This document shows, piece after piece, positions 43,420-52,700 of a stretch of DNA of 64,000 nucleotides; position 1 is the stretch's first letter, and each line of letters starts with the position of its first letter. The notes under the pieces are model-generated. The model searched no databases and was not told the origin of the DNA. It saw only the letters and a program-made list of their open reading frames with translations. Made by a program: the position numbers and the translations under genes. The DNA is taken from NCBI GenBank assembly GCA_964350645.1, contig CAYGJY010000001.1, forward strand, positions 399,939-463,938, given 5' to 3'. Origin of the DNA: an uncultured Candidatus Saccharibacteria bacterium. GTDB lineage: Bacteria; Patescibacteriota; Minisyncoccia; Phycocordibacterales; UBA918.

Positions 43420-44568
43420 CTAGAAGGTTGGAGTTGCGATGTATGTAAGGATCGCACTGTAGTCATCAGCCGCTTCCTGCAGCGCAGTAATCTCAATCTG
43501 GAAACCAACAGTTGTTGATCCAATTCCAGGTGTTGACGCATCCGCTACACTAGTGTGACTAAAGAGAACAGCTGGTGAAGTACTAGCTCCTTCCCATTCG
43601 TTTGCGCCGAATTCGGCAGCAGCTCCACGGGTGGTGTCAGTATCTTCAGTAGTCCAACCCCAGTGACCCCAAGTGTTTTCATCAGAGATACTTGGTGTAC
43701 CGTCTCCTGGAGCTTCCCAGGCTTTTGGATTAAGGAAAGCACCATCATCAAAGGCGTCAATATCGGCACCTGTTGACGAAAGAAGTTGTTGATCAACCTC
43801 AGCAGTGACTACGAAGCCACGAATAGCGTTGGTAGCAACAGTGAGTTCTTGAGCTAGTGTTTCAATTTCACCGTTAGCCAAGAGACCGAACGGTAAACTT
43901 GTAGCTGTAGTTGTACCAGTTGTTGACGTACCGTTTACCGCAATCCCCGCAGTGGCAAACCCACTCACTGTAAACTCAAAGTTAGTGTTAACTTGAGCTG
44001 TGACGTAGACTGAATCAACGATAGCTACTTCAGTAGTACCACCATCAACACCGTTAAAATCGATATCGATTTCATACGAGCCTTGCGTACCCGGGTTAAC
44101 AATTCTATTAAGGTCGTCTCCAGTACCAAACGCTGTAGCGTTGCTACCGATTTCGATAGTGACAGTTGCATTTGGTGCAATCGTGTCAGTCCCAGATTCG
44201 ATAATGATGTCTTGGCCAACAATAGTTACTCCCCAGACTGCAGCTGCAGCAGCTGCAGCTGTGTCTTCGTCGACGCCATTAACTGCAAAGTCAATGTCGT
44301 CTTCGGTAACACTGCTAAGGTCAAATCCAACTTGGAAAGTGACAGTGGCAGTACCACCAGCAACCATTCCGGTTGGTGTGACAAATTGAATGGTGTGGTT
44401 TGATGCGGTACTCGTAGCAGAAGTTTCAAGCAAGTCCTGAAAATTTGTCAGGTTGGCAGCTTGAGCACTGTGTACGTGTGCACCGTATCCCCACAACACA
44501 AGAGCTAATGAAACGAGGGTCGCGATCACTCGAAACATAGCATTATCTTGTTTTGATAATACGAACAT
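43420..44568 (-). CDS. Secreted two-domain WxL/pilin-subunit-like protein (paralog of 2246..3403)
   Basis: Signal peptide AQA|ANL; SNHTIQF; LTVATNAIRGFVVT; WGHWG; ends EITALQEAADDYSAILTYIATPTF. Confidence 0.6.
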   Translation of the reverse strand: MFVLSKQDNAMFRVIATLVSLALVLWGYGAHVHSAQAANLTNFQDLLETSATSTASNHTIQFVTPTGMVAGGTATVTFQVGFDLSSVTEDDIDFAVNGVDEDTAAAAAAAVWGVTIVGQDIIIESGTDTIAPNATVTIEIGSNATAFGTGDDLNRIVNPGTQGSYEIDIDFNGVDGGTTEVAIVDSVYVTAQVNTNFEFTVSGFATAGIAVNGTSTTGTTTATSLPFGLLANGEIETLAQELTVATNAIRGFVVTAEVDQQLLSSTGADIDAFDDGAFLNPKAWEAPGDGTPSISDENTWGHWGWTTEDTDTTRGAAAEFGANEWEGASTSPAVLFSHTSVADASTPGIGSTTVGFQIEITALQEAADDYSAILTYIATPTF

Positions 44569-44870
44569 GTTCTTTTTATATTAATTGTAAATAACTTTTT
44601 TCAATGATGTGCCGCTCTACATTGTACGTGAGCGTCTCTCATCGAAACCGACCAAGAAAGAAAATTTTGTGGAGCGACTACAACCTATGTGTAATTAAAA
44701 TGGACAGCCATTTTTCCACAGGTCATAGTCTTTTTCTTTCCCGATCTCTAACTATATTGTAACTGCATTAGACATAACGGTCGTCCAATGTCTGTTGATA
44801 ACTTTTCTATTACCACCTAAGTTTAAGCTTATTTACTTGCAGTCAAAAATGCAGCTCTCTCCACGTACGT

Positions 44871-44906
44871 AAAGGCCACAAAAGACAGATGTCTTTTGTG
44901 GCCTTT
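44871..44906. terminator. Perfect 16-bp hairpin at the end of umuC
   Basis: AAAGGCCACAAAAGAC-agat-GTCTTTTGTGGCCTTT. Confidence 0.7.
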
Positions 44907-46155
44907 ACGTTTTAATTTCAGCTATATCCGACCATTTTGTCGTATAACTTGGGGATACATAATCCCGACTAGCTTTCCAGGCAGTGTCATATATATTACG
45001 TCCAATTGTAATCGTCTCTTTTCCAAAGCGTCGGTTGAGAGTATCGATTGTACTCATCATAGTTGAATCCCTCTGCGCTTCAGCACTACCAAACAAATCA
45101 AGCTGCTCAACTGCAGCGCCACTAAACATCCCCAGCACCACCCCTGCTTTCTTGTAGGGCACATCTGTCTCATACAGGTCTCGCAGCAGTCGCAAACCTT
45201 CTTTTAATAACACCCGGGTGTCAGCTGTTGGCGTCGGCAAAAGTGCCTCATTGCTACCACCCCGCATAAACCAATCACCATGCCGGCTCGTCCGGGCCAT
45301 AACCGAAATATACTGGGCTTTCAAACCCAGTGACCGTAGTTCTTCAGCAGCGTGAGCAATATGATATGCCAAAGAATCTTCCACCACACCGAGCTCAGTT
45401 GTCTCTTTTTTAAACGATCGAGTACTCATAATGCTCTTCTGCTCGCCACTTCGTGAACCAAGTCTGTGTGCAACTACTTCAGAAAGTTCAGAAAATAGCC
45501 GCAACCCCCCAATTCCAAATAACTTATCGATCCGCGCCTGATCCTGCTGCAAAAAGTCTGCCACCGTGACAACTCCGTGACTACGCAATTTCTCACTAGT
45601 CTTCCTTCCTATACCCCAAATACTACTGATATCTAGCGTCTTCGCTGCCTGTTGCCAGGACAAACTATGAACAAAAGCGATACCAGAATCTTTCTTACCC
45701 ACTTCACTGGCATACTTGGCAATGGTTTTAGTCTTCGCGGCTCCAATTGAAACCGGAATCCCAACTTTCGACTGGACCGTGTGTCGGAGGTGTATAAGCA
45801 CCTCCAACACACGGTCCTCATCGATTTCTAGTCCGAAGAACGCTTCATCGACTGAATATTGCTCCACCACCGCCATTTCCTCTCGCAGGACCGCCATCAC
45901 TCGGGCAGAAATATCCCGATAGAGCGGAAAATTTGATGAAAAAATAGCCGCGTTGACTGCCGACAATTCTTTCTTCACCTGAAAATAGGGTACCCCCATC
46001 GGAATCCCCATTTCTTTTACCTCTTTGGAGCGCGCCACGACACAACCATCATTACCAGACAACACAACTGTTGGACGAGTCTGTAAATCAGGCCGAAACA
46101 AACGCTCACACGATACAAAAAAGTTATTACAATCTAGCAATCCGATATAGCTCAT
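44905..46155 (-). CDS. umuC: Y-family DNA polymerase V catalytic subunit
   Basis: LLDCNNFFVSCE, VVLSGNDGCVVARS, YSVDEAF, and a C-terminal SPSYTTKWSDI (DUF4113-like). Confidence 0.9.
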   Translation of the reverse strand: MSYIGLLDCNNFFVSCERLFRPDLQTRPTVVLSGNDGCVVARSKEVKEMGIPMGVPYFQVKKELSAVNAAIFSSNFPLYRDISARVMAVLREEMAVVEQYSVDEAFFGLEIDEDRVLEVLIHLRHTVQSKVGIPVSIGAAKTKTIAKYASEVGKKDSGIAFVHSLSWQQAAKTLDISSIWGIGRKTSEKLRSHGVVTVADFLQQDQARIDKLFGIGGLRLFSELSEVVAHRLGSRSGEQKSIMSTRSFKKETTELGVVEDSLAYHIAHAAEELRSLGLKAQYISVMARTSRHGDWFMRGGSNEALLPTPTADTRVLLKEGLRLLRDLYETDVPYKKAGVVLGMFSGAAVEQLDLFGSAEAQRDSTMMSTIDTLNRRFGKETITIGRNIYDTAWKASRDYVSPSYTTKWSDIAEIKT

Positions 46156-46193
46156 TTATTAACATTCTACCGCAAAATGCTATGCTGTACTTA

Positions 46194-46679
46194 ATGGAAA
46201 ATAAGTACTTCCGAGCTGGGGTAGGCACTGTTATTTATAATGACAACGACAAAATTGCCTGTTTTGAAAAAGCCTCATACCCACTTGAACCCTGGTTATT
46301 ACAGCAAGGTGGTATCGATGCTGGTGAAACAACTGAACAAACTCTCTGGCGAGAACTGCAAGAAGAAGTGGGCTTGGAAAAAACTGACATCGAGTCTGTC
46401 TACGAATTCCCAGAGTGGACACTCTATACGTATCCCCCTGAACATATAAAAACCTATGGACATGGACCTGATCGACTAGGACAATGCCATCGTTGGTTTT
46501 ACCTACAGCTCAAGCCCGGCCACATCATAGACCTGACCAGGGCCCTTGAAAAGGAATTTGTAACGATGAAATGGATTACTCCTGATGAATTGGCTGACTT
46601 AGGCGGCATCAGAGATCATATTTACAAAGATCTGGCTCACTACTTCACTTCCAACATCATCAACCACGAAAATAACTAG
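46194..46679 (+). CDS. Nudix hydrolase, RppH/Ap4A-hydrolase-like
   Basis: YFRAGVG; Nudix box QGGIDAGETTEQTLWRELQEEVGL; GQCHRWF. Start re-assigned to ATG 46194 to avoid overlap with umuC. Confidence 0.85.
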   Translation: MENKYFRAGVGTVIYNDNDKIACFEKASYPLEPWLLQQGGIDAGETTEQTLWRELQEEVGLEKTDIESVYEFPEWTLYTYPPEHIKTYGHGPDRLGQCHRWFYLQLKPGHIIDLTRALEKEFVTMKWITPDELADLGGIRDHIYKDLAHYFTSNIINHENN

Positions 46680-46723
46680 GCACGACAGATAGAAAGTTCA
46701 TACTGCTGCCCAATGAAGTGGGA

Positions 46724-47899
46724 CTAAAACAGTGTCCAGATTCGTTGGTCCTCTTCGCCGTCGACTTTAAAAATCGCTACACCACGCAAATCGTACTTTT
46801 CTGCCAGACGCACTTTGTCGCGAACAGCATATGCGTCACTCCAAGTGACAAAACGCACTACTGTCTCCTGTCCAGTCAAATTGCTGTACCAGAGCGCTTT
46901 AGCAGCAGCTTCATAGCCTTTTGGGGTGCCGGCTGGAGTTGGGACTGAATTTAAAACGCGCCAGACAGAATCATTAGGGAAATAACTAATTACACCTTCC
47001 CCGCCTTTGTCACGACCAATAGGTGCCTTGTAAATACTCCGAGAGAGTTCACGGATTCGGGGGTGATTAAGGGCAGCGACTGATTGATAACTTTTAAACC
47101 AATCTGGCGCTACGGTGACATCCCACGCTCTACCGTACGTCGCAACTCCCAACATAATCTTATCTTTATCGATATCTTCTAAGGCCAACTTGATGACACT
47201 CTCTACCCACTCTTTATCAGCTACTGGTGCGTACGGGAGACCTTTTCTTTTATCATTCAAGGTTAAAACTGCTCTTTGCTGGTCGTACGCCATAATTTCT
47301 ACCCAATCACAATACTGGTTCATAGCCTTGTAGTCGTTGGCATAATTAAGCGTTTCAGGAACTTCGCGATACAAATCTTCTGGTGGTGTTCGAGCCTCGA
47401 TCGTACACGTTAGTGTGTCATCTTTAAGTGCTCTTTTAAGATCACGTAAGAATCGCGAATAGTAGTCCTTAGTCTGAGGTAACTTTCCTTCATAGTCGAT
47501 ATTAACCCCATCAAAATCACCATCTTTGACCATTTTTACAATCTGCTTGATGTGGGCGCTACGGCGCTTACTGTCAGCCAATACATAGTGCATTGCCGCT
47601 CCATCAAACCACATCACACTCGGGATTACCGTCACTTTTTTATCTTGAGCTTCCTCAATCAAATCATCCCAAGCACCCTCTTTCAGCTTAGCTTTAGGGA
47701 TCAAATTGCCATAAAAATCAACTTCAAAGGAAAAAGGGTAAATCACATCGAGATCATCGAGATGTTTTTCAACTGCCTCAACACTCTCTTCACCCGTCCA
47801 CCAGGGAATCCAACCAGCTACTTGACCATCATACCTGGCTTCTGCCATCGCTGGCATACACAATACGCTCATCAGTGCCAAGATAATAATTTTTTTCAT
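46724..47899 (-). CDS. Secreted glycoside hydrolase family 18 (chitinase/peptidoglycan hydrolase-like)
   Basis: Start ATG 47899 (MKKIIILALMS signal peptide); catalytic DGVNIDYE; MAYD; KIMLGVATYG. Confidence 0.88.
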   Translation of the reverse strand: MKKIIILALMSVLCMPAMAEARYDGQVAGWIPWWTGEESVEAVEKHLDDLDVIYPFSFEVDFYGNLIPKAKLKEGAWDDLIEEAQDKKVTVIPSVMWFDGAAMHYVLADSKRRSAHIKQIVKMVKDGDFDGVNIDYEGKLPQTKDYYSRFLRDLKRALKDDTLTCTIEARTPPEDLYREVPETLNYANDYKAMNQYCDWVEIMAYDQQRAVLTLNDKRKGLPYAPVADKEWVESVIKLALEDIDKDKIMLGVATYGRAWDVTVAPDWFKSYQSVAALNHPRIRELSRSIYKAPIGRDKGGEGVISYFPNDSVWRVLNSVPTPAGTPKGYEAAAKALWYSNLTGQETVVRFVTWSDAYAVRDKVRLAEKYDLRGVAIFKVDGEEDQRIWTLF

Positions 47900-47905
47900 G
47901 TAGTA

Positions 47906-47937
47906 GTTATGACGTTCGGTCAGTAATAATCTTTCAC
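47906..47937 (-). promoter_or_regulatory. ECF-type promoter upstream of the GH18 gene
   Basis: GTGAAAGATT-N13-CGTCATAAC, 6 nt before the ATG; one of four equally spaced copies. Confidence 0.7.
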
Positions 47938-48374
47938 TAAAACTGGCGGACACTGCCGACGACGACCCCCCAAATAAAGCAGTCTTCGTTGTCTGAGACA
48001 ACAATTGGTTCATACGAGTCATTTTCAGAATAGAGAGTGAACTGGCCAGCAGTATTACGAAGACGCTTTACAACCATTTCGCCATACACGGCTGCAACCA
48101 CAATCTTGCCGTCACGAGCTTCAACTGCCTTGTCGACAACAAGCACATCACCTGAAAAAATCCCCGCTCCTTCCATTGAATCGCCGCGAACCCGAACAAA
48201 AAAGGTCGAAGCCGGGTTTTGGACGACTAAATCATTGATATCAAGGGCTTTTTCTACCAAATCATCAGCCGGCGCAGGAAAACCAGCCGCTGGCTGACTC
48301 GCATAGAGTGGCGCGGTTGTGCGGTAGGTGCGCTTTGCCGTATGCACCTCAACAGCAACAGTTTCTTTTGACAT
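47937..48374 (-). CDS. umuD: DNA polymerase V accessory subunit (S24 autoprotease)
   Basis: AAGFPAPADD cleavage region, FFVRVRGDSM (Ser), VVKRL (Lys), IWGVV; no N-terminal DNA-binding domain. Confidence 0.9.
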   Translation of the reverse strand: MSKETVAVEVHTAKRTYRTTAPLYASQPAAGFPAPADDLVEKALDINDLVVQNPASTFFVRVRGDSMEGAGIFSGDVLVVDKAVEARDGKIVVAAVYGEMVVKRLRNTAGQFTLYSENDSYEPIVVSDNEDCFIWGVVVGSVRQF

Positions 48375-48382
48375 TAACTAAG

Positions 48383-48430
48383 TATAGCAAACTGCCGGCG
48401 GTCCGATAGGACCACCGGCAGTTTGCTATA
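48383..48430 (-). terminator. Long hairpin after the CAP gene, overlapping the umuD -10 element
   Basis: Minus strand TATAGCAAACTGCCGGTGGTCC-tatc-GGACCGCCGGCAGTTTGCTATA (one G-U pair). Confidence 0.6.
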
Positions 48431-48433
48431 CAT

Positions 48434-49639
48434 CTACACAATTAGTGCCCCAGCACTAATAACGACATGAACATAGAAGAGTAACAGCATAGTAGCCATC
48501 AAACCAGCACTGTAAGCAACTTGCACGCGATGGTGACGCTGCCATTCAATCTGAACTGAGAGAATAAGCGCTATAAGGACAAAGGCCCCGATAATGGTAT
48601 ATAAAATCTGCAGCACGAGCTGTGGTTGCGTGGCCATAGCCAATACGGTTGGAGCTTCTTTACTGACAATTGTATCGCCGGGTTCAGTGGTTGCTGGTAT
48701 ACCACCAGTTGAAGTAGAAATAAAGCCAGAATATAGTGAAACTGATTCATCATCATTAATTTCTACCGCTGCGATCTCTACCGTCTCAGTGGCCGTCTGA
48801 GTTGATGACGAAATCACCATCACTGGATCCCGGCTGGTTCCAAGCGATACCACTGTGCCATCTTCAGCACCATCGATCACTTCATCTGAGCCAGCAATCT
48901 GTTGTGTGGCCGGATCTTGGACAGGGACTGGAGTTGGTACTGATTCAGTTATAGGTATCTCTTCAGGTGGCAGCGGAACAACACTTGGTTGAGCGGTAGT
49001 TTCCGTCTCAGCCGATACTACTGGTTGTGACTGAGTCACTATAGCTGGTGGTGTCACCACTACTGGCTGACTAGCCGCCGCTGGAGTACCGAAGAGTTGC
49101 ACCACGTAAACAGTTTTAAATCCTTCATAACTACCTGCAGCAGCACCAACACCTATCTCAGTATAATTACCATTCAAAATATTTTCACGATGTGAAGGGG
49201 AATTCATCCAGGCATCTACCACTTCGTCAGAGTCAGTAAAATGCACCGCTAGATTTTCTCCAGCGTGAACAAAGCTATAGTTTGTCTGATTAAACCAATA
49301 CCAAGGAGAAACACCATCTGGACTATAGTGTGAAAAATATTCGTTGGCTGCCATATGTTCAGCTTTCAGCCGAGCCGCCTCATCAAGTGTGCTATTGCGT
49401 CGCAAATTGCTAAGAGCAAAATCTGCTCGTTCTTCATTAGTCAAATCAACCACCACAGCTGGCAAAATCGTTGATACCAGCCAATCTGAACTAATCCACA
49501 GCAGTGACTGGAGGTTGGTGACCGTAAACGACAAAAGAATCATCGCAGTCATACCGACACAAGCAGCTTTACGCAGACTTTGCGGTTGATATTCATTCCC
49601 TTCGTGTGGAATAAAATAATCTTTTAGATGCCGTTTCAT
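48434..49639 (-). CDS. CAP/SCP-domain membrane protein
   Basis: LTNEER, AARLKAEHM..YFSH, GENLA, AWMNSPSHRENIL, EIGVG, VQLFG; Pro/Thr-rich linker; two C-terminal TM helices. Confidence 0.9.
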   Translation of the reverse strand: MKRHLKDYFIPHEGNEYQPQSLRKAACVGMTAMILLSFTVTNLQSLLWISSDWLVSTILPAVVVDLTNEERADFALSNLRRNSTLDEAARLKAEHMAANEYFSHYSPDGVSPWYWFNQTNYSFVHAGENLAVHFTDSDEVVDAWMNSPSHRENILNGNYTEIGVGAAAGSYEGFKTVYVVQLFGTPAAASQPVVVTPPAIVTQSQPVVSAETETTAQPSVVPLPPEEIPITESVPTPVPVQDPATQQIAGSDEVIDGAEDGTVVSLGTSRDPVMVISSSTQTATETVEIAAVEINDDESVSLYSGFISTSTGGIPATTEPGDTIVSKEAPTVLAMATQPQLVLQILYTIIGAFVLIALILSVQIEWQRHHRVQVAYSAGLMATMLLLFYVHVVISAGALIV

Positions 49640-49716
49640 AGCACTATTCTAGCAAATTTATAATACATCATTTTTTTAAAAAGTCAATTTATAGCTCTAT
49701 CCTGCAAAAACAACGC

Positions 49717-49740
49717 AAAAATCCCCTTTCGGGGATTTTT
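49717..49740 (-). terminator. Intrinsic terminator
   Basis: AAAAATCCCC-tttc-GGGGATTTTT, a near copy of the hairpin at 43374. Confidence 0.7.
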
Positions 49741-49761
49741 ACTGCTGTTTTCGATTATTCC

Positions 49762-52700
49762 TTATGGAAGCTCAGGAAAAGCTTGGATTCCAGGACATTT
49801 CATGTCATTGATCTTCCAACGGGTAGTCTTGAAGACGTAACCACTCGGAGTCAGGTCATAACTTGGATCGACTGCAACCCATGGTAGCAGAATCTCTGAA
49901 GAATATACCTGCTGAAAAGCTTTAACATTGTTTTCAGTTGTAATGTCGAACACTCCTGTGTAAGGGGTTATAAATCCCTGTTCATTAAGGAAGGTTTGCA
50001 ATTTAGTTACCTGCAATACGTCATTAACTTGACCAGATTTCATGTACTCCGTTAAGTAGAGGTCACACTGATTACTGGTAGTAACTCCAAGTACTTGGGA
50101 TTCTGATTCAGTAGAAATTGAAGCACCAGCCACAATCCCAGCTTGTGCAGACCCTCCACCACCGCCACTCATCTCTCTAACTTCTACTGCAGTGGAACAG
50201 GTCACCGTCTCTTCACCGTTAATGGCGGTCAGGGTATACGTAACAGTTCCTTCATTAACTGGGACATTTACTTGAATTGATCCATCACTTGCAACTGCCC
50301 CAATGTTAGTATCAATGACAACCGAATCTGCATCAGTTGTATTCCAACTTAAGATAATCGGATTCCCAACATCGACAAGTGATCGATTAGTGGTGAAGGA
50401 ATCACATGCGAGGGTGCTCTCCGACACCTCGGGCTGACTTTCTTCATAGTTTCCAAAGTTACATTCATAGAATGAAACTTCATTTTGTGGAATATTGAAT
50501 TCACAGACACCTAGTTCCGAATCTGGTGCAGACTGAGTCCAACCAATTTGTTGCACCTCACTAACTGTCCAGTCACCAGCTTCTACCTGAAATTCGTAGT
50601 TACCTTCACCATCTGTAGTAGTTTCAAGTAGTGTTTCTCCATCAGAAGCCTGAATAGTCCAGCCATTTAGGGTTGGTTCTTCTTCGTCCCAAATACCATC
50701 TTCATCGAGGTCATTCCATTTCGCACCCTGAATTGTGTAGGTCAATGGACAGTTGTACTCATCTCCTAGTCCTACCTCGACAGACACGCCATCATTACCA
50801 GTGTCGACTCGCATATCGAATTCAATTGATTCATCGGTTTTATCAAAGATGTCAATAAATGCTGGTGACTTATCTTCTAGTTTGAATGACGGATTCGGTG
50901 ACCGATCTATCTTACCGAGGTCAATACCAATTGTCTCGATTGAACCAGCCACAATGTCAATCTGACGACTTTGATTGTCCCCAGTGAATGCTAACTTAAG
51001 CTCGCTATTTTCCTGGTTTCGCTCAACAGCTAGACCTTGTACGCCATTTGCTAACGTGTTGAAAGCTAGGTCACCAACTTCATTAAAGTTAAACCAAGTT
51101 CCGCTTGGAATAATATTATCTTCAGCACCAAGGTAAATTTGACCATCAAATGAAACCGATTCTGTTTCATTTAATGTAATTTTGACAAGTTTCTCTGCTG
51201 AACACTGGTTTTCAAACAAACAGTATTCTGTACAACCTTCATCCCCAATCTCACACTGCTCCCAACTGTTAGCTCCCTCTGTCTGTACAATGCCATCTCC
51301 ACAGTATGCACCGTAGACAACTTCAACAATGTTCTCAAGGAAAAATGGCTGAGTTTCACGCAGATTTGGACCTGAACTTTCGTTCGGATTAGCAATAAAG
51401 CAGTACTGACCGTCAGCCAGAGCTGACATATCAACTGTCGCTCCAAATGACGCACCGTCAAAGCTGCTGACGTCAGTAAAGCCATCAACGTTACCAGCAA
51501 CAGTCGTACCGCCAATACCACAATCCCCAGTTCGTACCGCCCACTGCATCGTATCTGGTGTGTCATCACCGTCTACATATTCAGCCGCAAACGAAACTAT
51601 GCCTGATAGAGTTTGATCAGCCGTCTCTGGATTTGTGATAACAAGTGAAGCATCCGGTCGCTCAACAACTTCAATGTCGTGGAACTTATATCTGAAGTTA
51701 CCTTCAGTATCAAATGCTTGTGCTTTGAGGCGATAAAAACCTGCTGTAAGAGCGTCTACGGCAAATGACCATAAGTTTGTGCCAATAGCTGTACCACTAT
51801 CTACTGAAGCAACATAATCACCTCCTAACGTATCGATCTGAGTTACGGTATAAAGCACATCCTCAATCTCTGACTGAGCGTCACTGGCAGTACCAGTAAC
51901 AGTAAACGGATCGTCAGCTACGACTGCACCGTTGGCAGGAGAAGTAATAACTACGTCTGGCTTGGTGATATCTGGCTCGACGATCACAAACGATTTCACA
52001 TGGTTTCCGCCACCGTTATTGTTTCCAACCGTGTCAGAGCTGAGCACAGTCACACAGTATCGTCCTGGAAGAAACGCACTGACATCAAACGTAGTTGAAA
52101 ACGCTCCTGTTTCACCGACTGTTGCATCGGCTGAACTTACAAAGGCACCACACTTACCGTTTTCTTTAAGTGGACGCAAGTGAACTGCTACTTGATCACC
52201 CTCAATGCCAGCGGGGTCAGTAGCTGAACCAGTTACGGTCACTTCCTGACTGATCACCTCATCGACGACTGGAGTGTTAATCGTGATGGCTGGTCCAGTA
52301 GTATCAATTGTAAATAGTCTTGAGACAGTATTACTAATGTTTCCAGCTGCATCACGAGCATTAGCTTTGTAGCCAAATTCTCCCTCACCAAGCGCTGCTA
52401 CCGAAACTGTACAGCTAGCATCGTAGGTAGTAACAGCTCCAGTTGGTTCATTTAGACATGAGGCTAAATTAGCACCATTTTCATCTTTTAGGTTAACCAC
52501 AACAGAAGCCAGTTCTTCATTGTCGGTTGCTTGAATGACAATATCGAAGTCTGCATTGGTGACAAAACCATTCTCAGGTTCAATCACGGTCATGGTCGGC
52601 TTACCGGTATCTGGCTCTGGTTCAAAGTCCCAAGTAGTGATTGCTGAAGCCGTTTCGAGAACAACATTGTCATAATATCCAGCCAAACCCTCATCTGAGT

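Noticed and set aside
44905-48374. Prophage, ICE or IS carrying umuDC
   Set aside because: I saw no integrase, transposase, phage gene or flanking direct repeat.
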